Source of the DNA: the human T2T-CHM13v2.0 reference genome, Homo sapiens
NCBI RefSeq assembly: GCF_009914755.1
Contig: NC_060932.1
DNA length: 64,000 bases
Strand: one strand, 5' to 3'
In this document: piece by piece, positions 48,661 to 60,963 of the stretch
Layout: the number at the start of each line of letters is the position of its first letter
Position numbering within the stretch: position 1 is the stretch's first letter
The notes under the pieces: generated by a model
Told to the model about the DNA's origin: nothing
Database searches by the model: none
What the model saw: only the letters and a program-made list of their open reading frames with translations
Made by a program: the position numbers and the translations under genes

Positions 48661-51600
48661 ATGATGGCACGTCGGGACCCCAAATCTTGGGCCAAGAGAC
48701 TGGTGAGAGCCCAGACCCTCCAGAAGCAGCGGAGGGCCCCAGTTGGGCCAAGGGCTCCCCCGCCCGATGAAGAAGATCCCAGGGTAAGTCTAGCCCTGGA
48801 TCTCTTGGGTATCGGGGTGGGGGTGGGGACGGGGGGAGGGGGTGTCCCACGGTCCTCAGAGACTGGGTTGGATTCCAAAGAGTTCTGTCACCACCAGCCA
48901 GGTTGCTTTTCCCATCCAAGGTGGGCGTGGCTTGGGACCTTCTCCCCGGCCCGATAGGTCCCTTGAGAGACTCTTGGGGGCAACCTCCCTTTCTACTTCG
49001 AGTCCTGTGTAGCCACGTTTGGCTGCGTTGTTGACATCGGCTTCACCATCGTGCCCCTTGGAACCTTGAGTCCTTCCTTTCAGAGTTCCTCCGTCACATG
49101 GGCTTTGCGAGGGAACATCGTATCCGAAGTCTCCCAGCACTTAACGGCCCCCATGCCGGTGTCCCCTCTTTGGAATCCTTATTCAGCTCTGAATTCACAA
49201 TCCGTCCCAATGTTGACGTGGGATCGCTGCCTGTGGCTTCAGCTCACTCACTGACATCACTTCCTTTCCACCCACAGCTCAAGTGCAAAAACTGCGGGGC
49301 CTTTGGCCACACGGCCAGAAGTACCAGGTGCCCCATGAAGTGCTGGAAGGCAGCCCTGGTTCCAGCGACCTTGGGGAAAAAGGAAGGGAAGGAAAACCTG
49401 AAACCACGGAAGCCCCGGGGTGAAGCCAACCCGGGGCCCTTGAACAAGGATAAGGGAGAGAAGGAAGAGAGACCAAGGTGAGCAGTGGGAGGGGTTTTCA
49501 CCACTCTTAGGGTACGGCCTCCTAAGGACATGGTGCCTCTGCACCTGCACACCGTGTGCCTTTCCGTCTCCGGGCCAGGGAAGGAACGCTGCAGAGAAAT
49601 AGGCCGGAGCTCCGTGTCCTCCGGGGTTCCACACCCAGGAGCTCCTTGGGCTCTGGGAGATTCAGGGACGGGGAGAGGCGGGGGCGCTTCGTGCAGGTTC
49701 CCCACGACAGCGGGAAAAGCGATGGAATCCAAATCACAGTCCTTAGCTGGGAAGCCTAGAGGGCCACCTGGAGGATGGGAAGGTTGGCACGTGAGGGAAG
49801 GTGCAGAGGCGGAAAGGGCACCAGATGTCCATTTCTGTATCACAAAACACGGAATGGGGCTGGGCCCCAGACGGGGTTCTCCCTGTCTCCTGGGGAAAAC
49901 CAGGGGGCACGGCCTGACCTTCTTCTGTTCTGCAGGCAACAAGACCCGCAGAGGAAGGCTCTCCTCCACATGTTTTCCGGGAAACCTCCAGAGAAGCCGC
50001 TGCCGAATGGAAAAGGATCCACGGAATCTTCTGATTATCTGAGGGCGAGTGTCACCCCGGGCCCCTGGTCTTTTTCTCCTCTAGGTCACCCTGGTTGATT
50101 TCCTTTCAGCTTCCCGTCTGCGGGAGGAAATCGGGGAACCCCTCTTTCTTGCCTTCTTGGGGTCAGGGACTCCACGATCCTTCCAGGTCAATTGGATTCC
50201 AGGCGAAGGCATCTGAACATGCCGTATTTCCTGTTGCTTTCTTTCTGTCCAATTATGGCAAGCCTGCCAACAACACGTTCCTAGCGGCATGAGGAAATTA
50301 GTCCCTCAGAGGCCCCAAACGTGGAGAAGGCGAAACCCAGGAACATGCATGTGTTCAGAGAAGACGTCCCGAGTACCCTTGAGCCAGCAACCTGCCTTGG
50401 GAAGGGCATTAGTCCGTTCCACTTCATGGAAGGCTGAGTGGAGGCGCTTTGATCCAGTTAATGCCCAAGACGCGATCTTTTGAACAATGGTGTGCTTAGA
50501 TCAGCTACACATAGCTCGAGAGCGCATCTTTCATGTGTCTTGTCCTGATCAGCACTCAGGTGGAGGGTCTGTCCCTACTTCCAAGGACCGCCTGTCGATA
50601 CTGTACTAAGAATTTCATGGCGTGTGCACCTTGTCTTTGGATGTGCTTGATTTTCACGTTGGCTCCATGCTGAGGAACTTCTAACCTGTGTTGTTTCCTC
50701 TCTTTCAGGTTGCAAGCGGGCCAATGCCGGTCCACACAACCAGTAAGAGGCCGCGCTTGGACCCTGTCCTCGCTGATCGCTCCGCAACCGAAATGTCTGG
50801 CAGGGGCTCCGTCTTGGCTTCACTGTCTCCCCTCAGAAAAGCCAGCCTGAGCTCCTCCTCAAGTCTTGGACCAAAGGAAAGACAGACTGGGGCTGCGGCC
50901 GACATGCCTCAGCCTGCAGTCAGGCACCAGGGCCGCGAGCCTCTCCTCGTGGTGAAGCCGACACACAGCCGCCCCGAGGGTGGCTGCCGAGAAGTTCCCC
51001 AGGCTGCCTCCAAAACCCACGGCCTGCTCCAGGCCGCCAGACCCCAGGCACAAGACAAACGTCCTGCGGTGACCTCACAGCCCTGCCCGCCAGCCGCCAC
51101 ACACAGCTTGGGCCTAGGCTCCAATCTCAGCTTCGGGCCAGGAGCCAAGAGACCTGCCCAGGCTCCGATTCAGGCTTGCCTGAACTTCCCCAAGAAACCG
51201 AGACTGGGTCCCTTCCAGATCCCCGAAAGCGCCATCCAGGGAGGTGAGCTGGGGACCCCGGAGAATCTCCAACCTCCGCCAGCCGCAACCGAACTTGGAC
51301 CAAGTACGTCGCCCCAGATGGGCAGGAGGACACCGGCCCAGGTGCCCAGCGTCGACCGGCAGCCTCCGCACAGCAGACCTTGCCTGCCTACTGCCCAGGC
51401 CTGCACCATGTCCCATCACTCAGCGGCCGGCCATGATGGGGCCCAGCCTCTCAGAGTGCTCTTCCGGAGACTGGAAAACGGACGCTGGAGCTCCAGCCTC
51501 CTGGCGGCCCCCTCATTTCACTCTCCTGAGAAGCCGGGAGCCTTTCTCGCTCAGAGCCCTCATGTGTCAGAGAAGTCTGAGGCTCCCTGTGTTCGTGTCC

Positions 51601-51671
51601 CACCGAGCGTCCTCTATGAGGACCTTCAGGTTTCCTCCTCCTCAGAGGACAGCGATTCTGACCTGGAGTGA
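48661..51671 (+). CDS. FAM90A: FAM90A family protein copy 2, 464 aa; join(48661-48783,49278-49477,49936-50044,50709-51671)
   Basis: Same exon structure, no stops seen; KPRKPRGEAN variant. Confidence 0.92.
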
Positions 51672-52285
51672 GACTGCAGGTGGCAGGGGCTCCTTGGCCT
51701 CCAGTTCCCGTGACTTGGAGGGGACTGTGGGACTGAGGAGCGCAGAGCAGAGAGCACACTCTGTGCGGTGACTCCGAAGCTCCCCGGCTGTGGCGCTTCT
51801 GTGGATGTGGGAGCCCAGGCCAGGCAGGGAGCAGATGCAGGGACTCTGCCTCATTGAATTCTGGTGAGGGACGTTGTAGTTGGCGTGGTTCTCCCGAAAC
51901 GCGCCAGGAAAAGCTTCCGTGCCAGAGATTCGTTGCCTCAGAAACTGCGTGACGCGCAGGAGTCAGACTTCCGCTGGGACGTCAATAGGAAACTGGGGAA
52001 TTACTGTGTATTTGCTGTCTAGATGACTGAATAAGGGAAAAGTTAGGGAACCCTGAGAGGTGCAGCCCTTCCGCTGTGCCCCGCCCTGAGAGCAGTGTTT
52101 CGGACGCTGGGAAGCGTGCTGTGCGAAGCGCTCTCGGGGTCTTTCCTCAGCCTCGAAAACTGGGCTCTGGAATGCCTTTGTACATATGTGTGTTTAATGT
52201 GTTTTGAAGTGAATAAAATTCTCAAAAAGATGACATATTGTCTTTTGACTCTCATTCCGTGTTTGTGTGTAACTGATTTTCCAAG

Positions 52286-53317
52286 TGAAGGGGTGGCCTG
52301 CCCCTCCACACCTGTGGGTGTTTCTAGTCGGGTGGGATGAGAGACGGAGAAAAGAAATAAGACACAGAGACAAAGTATAGGGAGACAACAGTGGGTCCAG
52401 GGGACAGGCACTCAGCACACCTAGGACCTGCACCGGCACCGGCCTCTGAGTTCCCTCAGTTTTTATTGATTATGATTTTCATTATTTCAGCACAAAGGAA
52501 TGCAGTAGGGGAGCAGGGTGATAATAAGGGGAAGGTCAACAACAACAACAAAAAACAAACACGTGAGCAAAAGAATCCATATCATTATTAAGTTCAAGGG
52601 AAGGTACTATGCCTGGACGTGCACGTAGGCCAGATTTATGTTTCTCTCCACACAAATATCTCAGCGGAGTAAAGAAAGCAAGGCAGCATTACTGCCAACA
52701 TGTCTCACCTCCCGCCACAGGGCAGCTTTTCTCCGAGCTCAGAGTTGAACAAATGTACGATCGGGCTTTACACCGAGACATTCAGTTCCCAGGGGCAAGC
52801 AGGAGACAGTGGCCTTCCTCCATCTGAACTGCAAGAGGCGTTCCTCTTTGACTAATCCACCTCAGCACAGACCCATTGCAGGTGTCAGGCTGGGGGACAT
52901 TCAGGACTTTCCCATCCCACGAGGCCATATTTCAGACTGTCACATGGGGAGAAACCTTGGACAATACCCTGCTTTCAAGGGCAGAGGTCCCTGTGGCTTT
53001 CCACGGTACATTGCGCCCCTGGTTTATTGAGACTAGAGAATGGCAATGACTTCTACCAAGTATACTGCTCGTAAACATTTGGTTAACAAGGCGCGTCCTG
53101 CACAGCCCTAGATCCCTTAAACCTCGATTTTATACAACACAGGTTTTTGTGAGCTCCAAGTTGGGTCAAAGGAAGGGGCTGCGGCAAAGCTACAAATGAT
53201 CAACATCTCAGTAAAGCAATTGTTTAAAGTACAGGTCTTTTTCAAAATGGAGTCTCTTATGTCTTCCCCTTCTACATAGACACAGTGACAGTCTGATCTC
53301 TCTTTCTTTACCCTACA
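52286..53317 (-). mobile_element. Solo LTR5, array copy
   Basis: Same termini and TCCAAG TSD. Confidence 0.93.
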
Positions 53318-56306
53318 TCCAAGGGCTTGAACATTTCTTGACTTGTTGGCAATCCAAATCGTTACGTCTCCGAAACAGAGTTGACTGAGGGGACCGCAGG
53401 GCTGGGCAGGACCTTTGACTTCCTATACATCCACAGGAGCAAGAAAACCTCAGCCCCACTCTACCAACACGCACCTAGTAAAATTCCGCCAACCGAATCT
53501 CACGCACGCTAACACGTGGGGAGCGTTGCTTGCACCACGAGTCCCCATTTGGCTCAACCGCCGATGCCAAGTGTGTGGTTCCAGTTGCGACGGCCCCCCG
53601 TGAAGTGGCTTCCGGATGTGCGAAGGAACCAGGCAGAGTTTCACTGGCCAAATAGACCCCAGCAAAGCTGAAGTTAACTCCCACATTTGGGATGTACTTC
53701 AGAGGTAAAACATTCATCCCGTCTTCTTTCCGGATGTCTGACACCATGGTTCTCCCCCTGATCCTAAGAGTAGCTGAGGCAGAGACTCACTAAAAGATCT
53801 AGGCGGGGATATCCCATCATGCACAGGCTCTCTCCATTCTCTGACCTGGGACCAACTCTCAGTAGGATTCCACATCTAGGAGGCCTCGGAACTCAGCGGG
53901 ATTTTCTGAGACACACCAACTGGCTGCTCCCTCTCCGCCGCTGTTGAGGGTCGTTATCTTGATTATCCAGATCAACTAGAAAGTATCCGTATCCAGAATG
54001 AATAAGATCAACTCTCTGCTCCTCTGACAGCAGAAGGAGCAGGACCGTAAGGAACCAAAGAGCGTGGAAGGAAACGATGTGACAGGAAAGCTCAGAGAAC
54101 GGCCACAGGGGGTCGTCAGCAGGCCTTCCAACCTGAATCATGAATAATTAATGAAGCGCAAATCAAAGGGGACTCGAGTCTCAGCAGGAGCAATTCATCC
54201 AACGGGAGATCGCCGGAGGGCCAACAAGATTGAGTGACTGGGAGCCGGGTGCAGTGTCAAAGGGGACGCGACTGGTTCCAAAGCTCGAGAAGACCATGGG
54301 GTCACTTGGGCTACATGAGAAAACGCCCCAGTGTGCTGGTTCATCATTCCGACTCCTGCCTGTCTCTTCCCGTCCAAGGAACATGGACCCTAAGTCGTGC
54401 AGGTGCGGATGACCATGGGCAGAATTAGGGGCCGTGGCACAAAAGTTCACCGACACGGGAGTTCCACAGAAGGTGCGGTGGATCTTCGCAAATCCAGAGA
54501 CATGGCAATGGGACCCAGGGAATTAGAGCCTCACAGGCGTCCGGGAGACTTTTCAGGCATAATGCCTGGAGTCGCAAGACGAGCTGAAAAAGGAGCCAGG
54601 CACTGAAGGACAAAGCGTTGTTGACTTTCCTCATCTGTGTTTCCCAGTGCGGTCCAATTCACGGTGGTTTCCAAGCGCCTCCTGGGGGAGAAAACACATG
54701 AGGGTGCGGTCAGGGTTCTCTGCTGACAGACTTACCTTGGGGAAGAAAGAGAAGCTCTGAAGATGGATCATGGCCGTGACTGCATGTCAAGGAGAGTCTC
54801 CTTGATGACACTGAGGCCTACGTCGAGATAGACAAAATGTGGTCCAATTAAAAGGTGTCTATTTTACCACATTTTTTAAAACAAAACAAAACAAAACAAC
54901 AAAAAAGATGGAAAAGAAGACAGGGGTACAGGCACCAGTGTTACATGTCTGACGGGGAACATCTATTGTTCAAAGCTTGCAGCTGTACAAGTAGGTTTTA
55001 GAATGTCTGTCAGCAGTGGACATGATCTTAGAGTGGGCTGTGCAGATAGACCTTTCCAGGTCATGTAATTGGATTAAGTTAATTGCAATTAAGGTACAGG
55101 TAACTGATTAGGTTAGGGTACGTTCCATGTCAGGTGACCAGAGGCAGTATAAAAGGCAGCCTGGAAAGCGGAGGTCCCTCTCTGCCCCTTCCTCCGTCGT
55201 CCTGGATGCTGCATCGCTTCCAGCCGGGCTGCTGCAGCACCTGCCCATCTCAGCGCCAGCCTGGGAAAGAACGTAGACGTGTAATTTCAGGTTAGTTTCG
55301 CTGAACAATTGTTTGTTTCACGCAATCCCTGAGGGGTATTTGCGGGGGGTGTGGGGGAGGAAGAGACAAAGGAGGCCGAAAGAAACCGATCACACTGGGG
55401 CTTGCTGGTGGGGTAGGATGTGTTCTCGTTACTAGTAATTCTTGGAACAGAAAACGAGAAAACATATCCGTCTCCACGTGTGGGAGAAGACCAAGATGGG
55501 AATGCGAAAAGAAATGTACTGCAGCATGCTGAATTGATGGGTAAATGGAAAAAGGACTTTGGAAAAAAGGGGGGTTTGCCCTTCAGCCATGTAAGACGTC
55601 GATACGATACGGCACTTCTTCCCCGTTTGTTCAGATGAATTCGTGTGGTGTGCGTAAAATACCAGGAAAATAAATAAAGAGGGGCTGGAGCTAAAGCCAA
55701 AAGATAGAACAGGAAAGACCATCACCTGCTAGTGCGGTAGAGAGGAAGGTAACTTCTCTGTATGAATTTGTGTTTGGAAGTTGCCTAATGAAATGGCAAG
55801 AGTAGCGATTCAAGTTGTCACAGGAAGCATCCCTTATCCGTGACTTCAAGCAGACCTGCCAAAGGGTGGCACACGCCATGCCCTGTGTCTTCGATCATTC
55901 TGTCCGTCAAGGGAGATAGAATCACCGTGTCTTCTACCGGAGTGAATCGTGAGAGACCTAAGTCCAGTCTCCAGAATCAGTTGTTTGTTTGGGGTTGAAA
56001 GCTCAACCCCCCATACCTAGGCCACGGGCCCTGTGGCAGGTGGGGTTTACTCTTGGACTAGGTAGTCATGGCAGAGGAACACACAATATCCGAGGATGCG
56101 CACAGCACATTGTGTTCTACAGATTTGACCGACTGGTGGTGAGGTCTCCTCATGACCACACAGGCAGGGAGTTAGCAGGTGGCTTCCTGTGGGTGTGTGA
56201 ATATCCAACGTGCTTAACCATCGACATGTGTGTGTTTGTGTGTGTTTCAGGTGGCCCAACAGTCCACCCCTGAAAAAGGCGGTCATAAAACCCCCAGGAG
56301 ACGAAG

Positions 56307-59300
56307 ATGATGGCACGTCGGGACCCCAAATCTTGGGCCAAGAGACTGGTGAGAGCCCAGACCCTCCAGAAGCAGCGGAGGGCCCCAGTTGGGCCAAGGG
56401 CTCCCCCGCCCGATGAAGAAGATCCCAGGGTAAGTCTAGCCCTGGATCTCTTGGGTATCGGGGTGGGGGTGGGGACGGGGGGAGGGGGTGTCCCACGGTC
56501 CTCAGAGACTGGGTTGGATTCCAAAGAGTTCTGTCACCACCAGCCAGGTTGCTTTTCCCATCCAAGGTGGGCGTGGCTTGGGACCTTCTCCCCGGCCCGA
56601 TAGGTCCCTTGAGAGACTCTTGGGGGCAACCTCCCTTTCTACTTAGAGTCCTGTGTAGCCACGTTTGGCTGCGTTGTTGACATCGGCTTCACCATCGTGC
56701 CCCTTGGAACCTTGAGTCCTTCCTTTCAGAGTTCCTCCGTCACATGGGCTTTGCGAGGGAACATCGTATCCGAAGTCTCCCAGCACTTAACGGCCCCCAT
56801 GCCGGTGTCCCCTCTTTGGAATCCTTATTCAGCTCTGAATTCACAATCCGTCCCAATGTTGACGTGGGATCGCTGCCTGTGGCTTCAGCTCACTCACTGA
56901 CATCACTTCCTTTCCACCCACAGCTCAAGTGCAAAAACTGCGGGGCCTTTGGCCACACGGCCAGAAGTACCAGGTGCCCCATGAAGTGCTGGAAGGCAGC
57001 CCTGGTTCCAGCGACCTTGGGGAAAAAGGAAGGGAAGGAAAACCTGAAACCATGGAAGCCCCGTGGTGAAGCCAACCCGGGGCCCTTGAACAAGGATAAG
57101 GGAGAGAAGGAAGAGAGACCAAGGTGAGCAGTGGGAGGGGTTTTCACCACTCTTAGGGTACTGCCTCCTAAGGACATGGTGTCTCTGCACCTGCACACCG
57201 CGTGCCTTTCCGTCTCCGGGCCAGGGAAGGAACGCTGCAGAGAAATAGGCCGGAGCTCCGTGTCCTCCGGGGTTCCACACCCAGGAGCTCCTTGGGCTCT
57301 GGGAGATTCAGGGACGGGGAGAGGCGGGGGCGCTTCGTGCAGGTTCCCCACGACAGCGGGAAAAGCGATGGAATCCAAATCACAGTCCTTAGTTGGGAAG
57401 CCTAGAGGGCCACCTGGAGGATGGGAAGGTTGGCACGTGAGGGAAGGTGCAGAGGCGGAAAGGGCACCAGATGTCCATTTCTGTATCACAAAACACGGAA
57501 TGGGGCTGGGCCCCAGACGGGGTTCTCCCTGTCTCCTGGGGAAAACCAGGGGGCACGGCCTGACCTTCTTCTGTTCTGCAGGCAACAAGACCCGCAGAGG
57601 AAGGCTCTCCTCCACATGTTTTCCGGGAAACCTCCAGAGAAGCCGCTGCCGAATGGAAAAGGATCCACGGAATCTTCTGATTATCTGAGGGCGAGTGTCA
57701 CCCCGGGCCCCTGGTCTTTTTCTCCTCTAGGTCACCCTGGTTGATTTCCTTTCAGCTTCCCGTCTGCGGGAGGAAATCGGGGAACCCCTCTTTCTTGCCT
57801 TCTTGGGGTCAGGGACTCCACGATCCTTCCAGGTCAATTGGATTCCAGGCGAAGGCATCTGAACATGCCGTATTTCCTGTTGCCTTCTTTCTGTCCAATT
57901 ATGGCAAGCCTGCCAACAACACGTTCCTAGCGGCATGAGGAAATTAGTCCCTCAGAGGCCCCAAACGTGGAGAAGGCGAAACCCAGGAACATGCATGTGT
58001 TCAGAGAAGACGTCCCGAGTACCCTTGAGCCAGCAACCTGCCTTGGGAAGGGCATTAGTCCGTTCCACTTCATGGAAGGCTGAGTGGAGGCGCTTTGATC
58101 CAGTTAATGCCCAAGACGCGATCTTTTGAACAATGGTGTGCTTAGATCAGCTACACATAGCTCGAGAGCGCATCTTTCATGTGTCTTGTCCTGATCAGCA
58201 CTCAGGTGGAGGGTCTGTCCCTACTTCCAAGGACTGCCTGTCGATACTGTACTAAGAATTTCATGGCGTGTGCACCTTGTCTTTGGATGTGCTTGATTTT
58301 CACGTTGGCTCCATGCTGAGGAACTTCTAACCTGTGTTGTTTCCTCTCTTTCAGGTTGCAAGCGGGCCAATGCCGGTCCACACAACCAGTAAGAGGCCGC
58401 GCTTGGACCCTGTCCTCGCTGATCGCTCCGCAACCGAAATGTCTGGCAGGGGCTCCGTCTTGGCTTCACTGTCTCCCCTCAGAAAAGCCAGCCTGAGCTC
58501 CTCCTCAAGTCTTGGACCAAAGGAAAGACAGACTGGGGCTGCGGCCGACATGCCTCAGCCTGCAGTCAGGCACCAGGGCCGCGAGCCTCTCCTCGTGGTG
58601 AAGCCGACACACAGCCGCCCCGAGGGTGGCTGCCGAGAAGTTCCCCAGGCTGCCTCCAAAACCCACGGCCTGCTCCAGGCCTCCAGACCCCAGGCACAAG
58701 ACAAACGTCCTGCGGTGACCTCACAGCCCTGCCCGCCAGCCGCCACACACAGCTTGGGCCTAGGCTCCAATCTCAGCTTCGGGCCAGGAGCCAAGAGACC
58801 TGCCCAGGCTCCGATTCAGGCTTGCCTGAACTTCCCCAAGAAACCGAGACTGGGTCCCTTCCAGATCCCCGAAAGCGCCATCCAGGGAGGTGAGCTGGGG
58901 ACCCCGGAGAATCTCCAACCTCCGCCAGCCGCAACCGAACTTGGACCAAGTACGTCGCCCCAGATGGGCAGGAGGACACCGGCCCAGGTGCCCAGCGTCG
59001 ACCGGCAGCCTCCGCACAGCAGACCTTGCCTGCCTACTGCCCAGGCCTGCACCATGTCCCATCACTCAGCGGCCGGCCATGATGGGGCCCAGCCTCTCAG
59101 AGTGCTCTTCCGGAGACTGGAAAACGGACGCTGGAGCTCCAGCCTCCTGGCGGCCCCCTCATTTCACTCTCCTGAGAAGCCGGGAGCCTTTCTCGCTCAG
59201 AGCCCTCATGTGTCAGAGAAGTCTGAGGCTCCCTGTGTTCGTGTCCCACCGAGCGTCCTCTATGAGGACCTTCAGGTTTCCTCCTCCTCAGAGGACAGCG

Positions 59301-59317
59301 ATTCTGACCTGGAGTGA
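56307..59317 (+). CDS. FAM90A: FAM90A family protein copy 3, 464 aa; join(56307-56429,56924-57123,57582-57690,58355-59317)
   Basis: Same exon structure, no stops seen; KPWKPRGEAN and LQASRP variants. Confidence 0.92.
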
Positions 59318-59931
59318 GACTGCAGGTGGCAGGGGCTCCTTGGCCTCCAGTTCCCGTGACTTGGAGGGGACTGTGGGACTGAGGAGCGCAGAGCAGAGAG
59401 CACACTCTGTGCGGTGACTCCGAAGCTCCCCGGCTGTGGCGCTTCTGTGGATGTGGGAGCCCAGGCCAGGCAGGGAGCAGATGCAGGGACTCTGCCTCAT
59501 TGAATTCTGGTGAGGGACGTTGTAGTTGGCGTGGTTCTCCCGAAACGCGCCAGGAAAAGCTTCCGTGCCAGAGATTCGTTGCCTCAGAAACTGCGTGACG
59601 CGCAGGAGTCAGACTTCCGCTGGGACGTCAATAGGAAACTGGGGAATTACTGTGTATTTGCTGTCTAGATGACTGAATAAGGGAAAAGTTAGGGAACCCT
59701 GAGAGGTGCAGCCCTTCCGCTGTGCCCCGCCCTGAGAGCAGTGTTTCGGACGCTGGGAAGCGTGCTGTGCGAAGCGCTCTCGGGGTCTTTCCTCAGCCTC
59801 GAAAACTGGGCTCTGGAATGCCTTTGTACATATGTGTGTTTAATGTGTTTTGAAGTGAATAAAATTCTCAAAAAGATGACATATTGTCTTTTGACTCTCA
59901 TTCCGTGTTTGTGTGTAACTGATTTTCCAAG

Positions 59932-60963
59932 TGAAGGGGTGGCCTGCCCCTCCACACCTGTGGGTGTTTCTAGTCGGGTGGGATGAGAGACGGAGAAAAG
60001 AAATAAGACACAGAGACAAAGTATAGGGAGACAACAGTGGGTCCAGGGGACAGGCACTCAGCACACCTAGGACCTGCACCGGCACCGGCCTCTGAGTTCC
60101 CTCAGTTTTTATTGATTATGATTTTCATTATTTCAGCACAAAGGAATGCAGTAGGGGAGCAGGGTGATAATAAGGGGAAGGTCAACAACAACAACAAAAA
60201 ACAAACACGTGAGCAAAAGAATCCATATCATTATTAAGTTCAAGGGAAGGTACTATGCCTGGACGTGCACGTAGGCCAGATTTATGTTTCTCTCCACACA
60301 AATATCTCAGCGGAGTAAAGAAAGCAAGGCAGCATTACTGCCAACATGTCTCACCTCCCGCCACAGGGCAGCTTTTCTCCGAGCTCAGAGTTGAACAAAT
60401 GTACGATCGGGCTTTACACCGAGACATTCAGTTCCCAGGGGCAAGCAGGAGACAGTGGCCTTCCTCCATCTGAACTGCAAGAGGCGTTCCTCTTTGACTA
60501 ATCCACCTCAGCACAGACCCATTGCAGGTGTCAGGCTGGGGGACATTCAGGACTTTCCCATCCCATGAGGCCATATTTCAGACTGTCACATGGGGAGAAA
60601 CCTTGGACAATACCCTGCTTTCAAGGGCAGAGGTCCCTGTGGCTTTCCACGGTACATTGCGCCCCTGGTTTATTGAGACTAGAGAATGGCAATGACTTCT
60701 ACCAAGTATACTGCTCGTAAACATTTGGTTAACAAGGCGCGTCCTGCACAGCCCTAGATCCCTTAAACCTCGATTTTATACAACACAGGTTTTTGTGAGC
60801 TCCAAGTTGGGTCAAAGGAAGGGGCTGCGGCAAAGCTACAAATGATCAACATCTCAGTAAAGCAATTGTTTAAAGTACAGGTCTTTTTCAAAATGGAGTC
60901 TCTTATGTCTTCCCCTTCTACATAGACACAGTGACAGTCTGATCTCTCTTTCTTTACCCTACA
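59932..60963 (-). mobile_element. Solo LTR5, array copy
   Basis: Same termini and TCCAAG TSD. Confidence 0.93.

Noticed and set aside
44640-53317. LTR-FAM90A-LTR read as a provirus-like or gene-capturing retroelement
   Set aside because: Each LTR has its own TCCAAG TSD on both sides and no TGG-starting primer-binding site follows it (CTTGGAAAATCAG); these are solo LTRs copied by tandem duplication.
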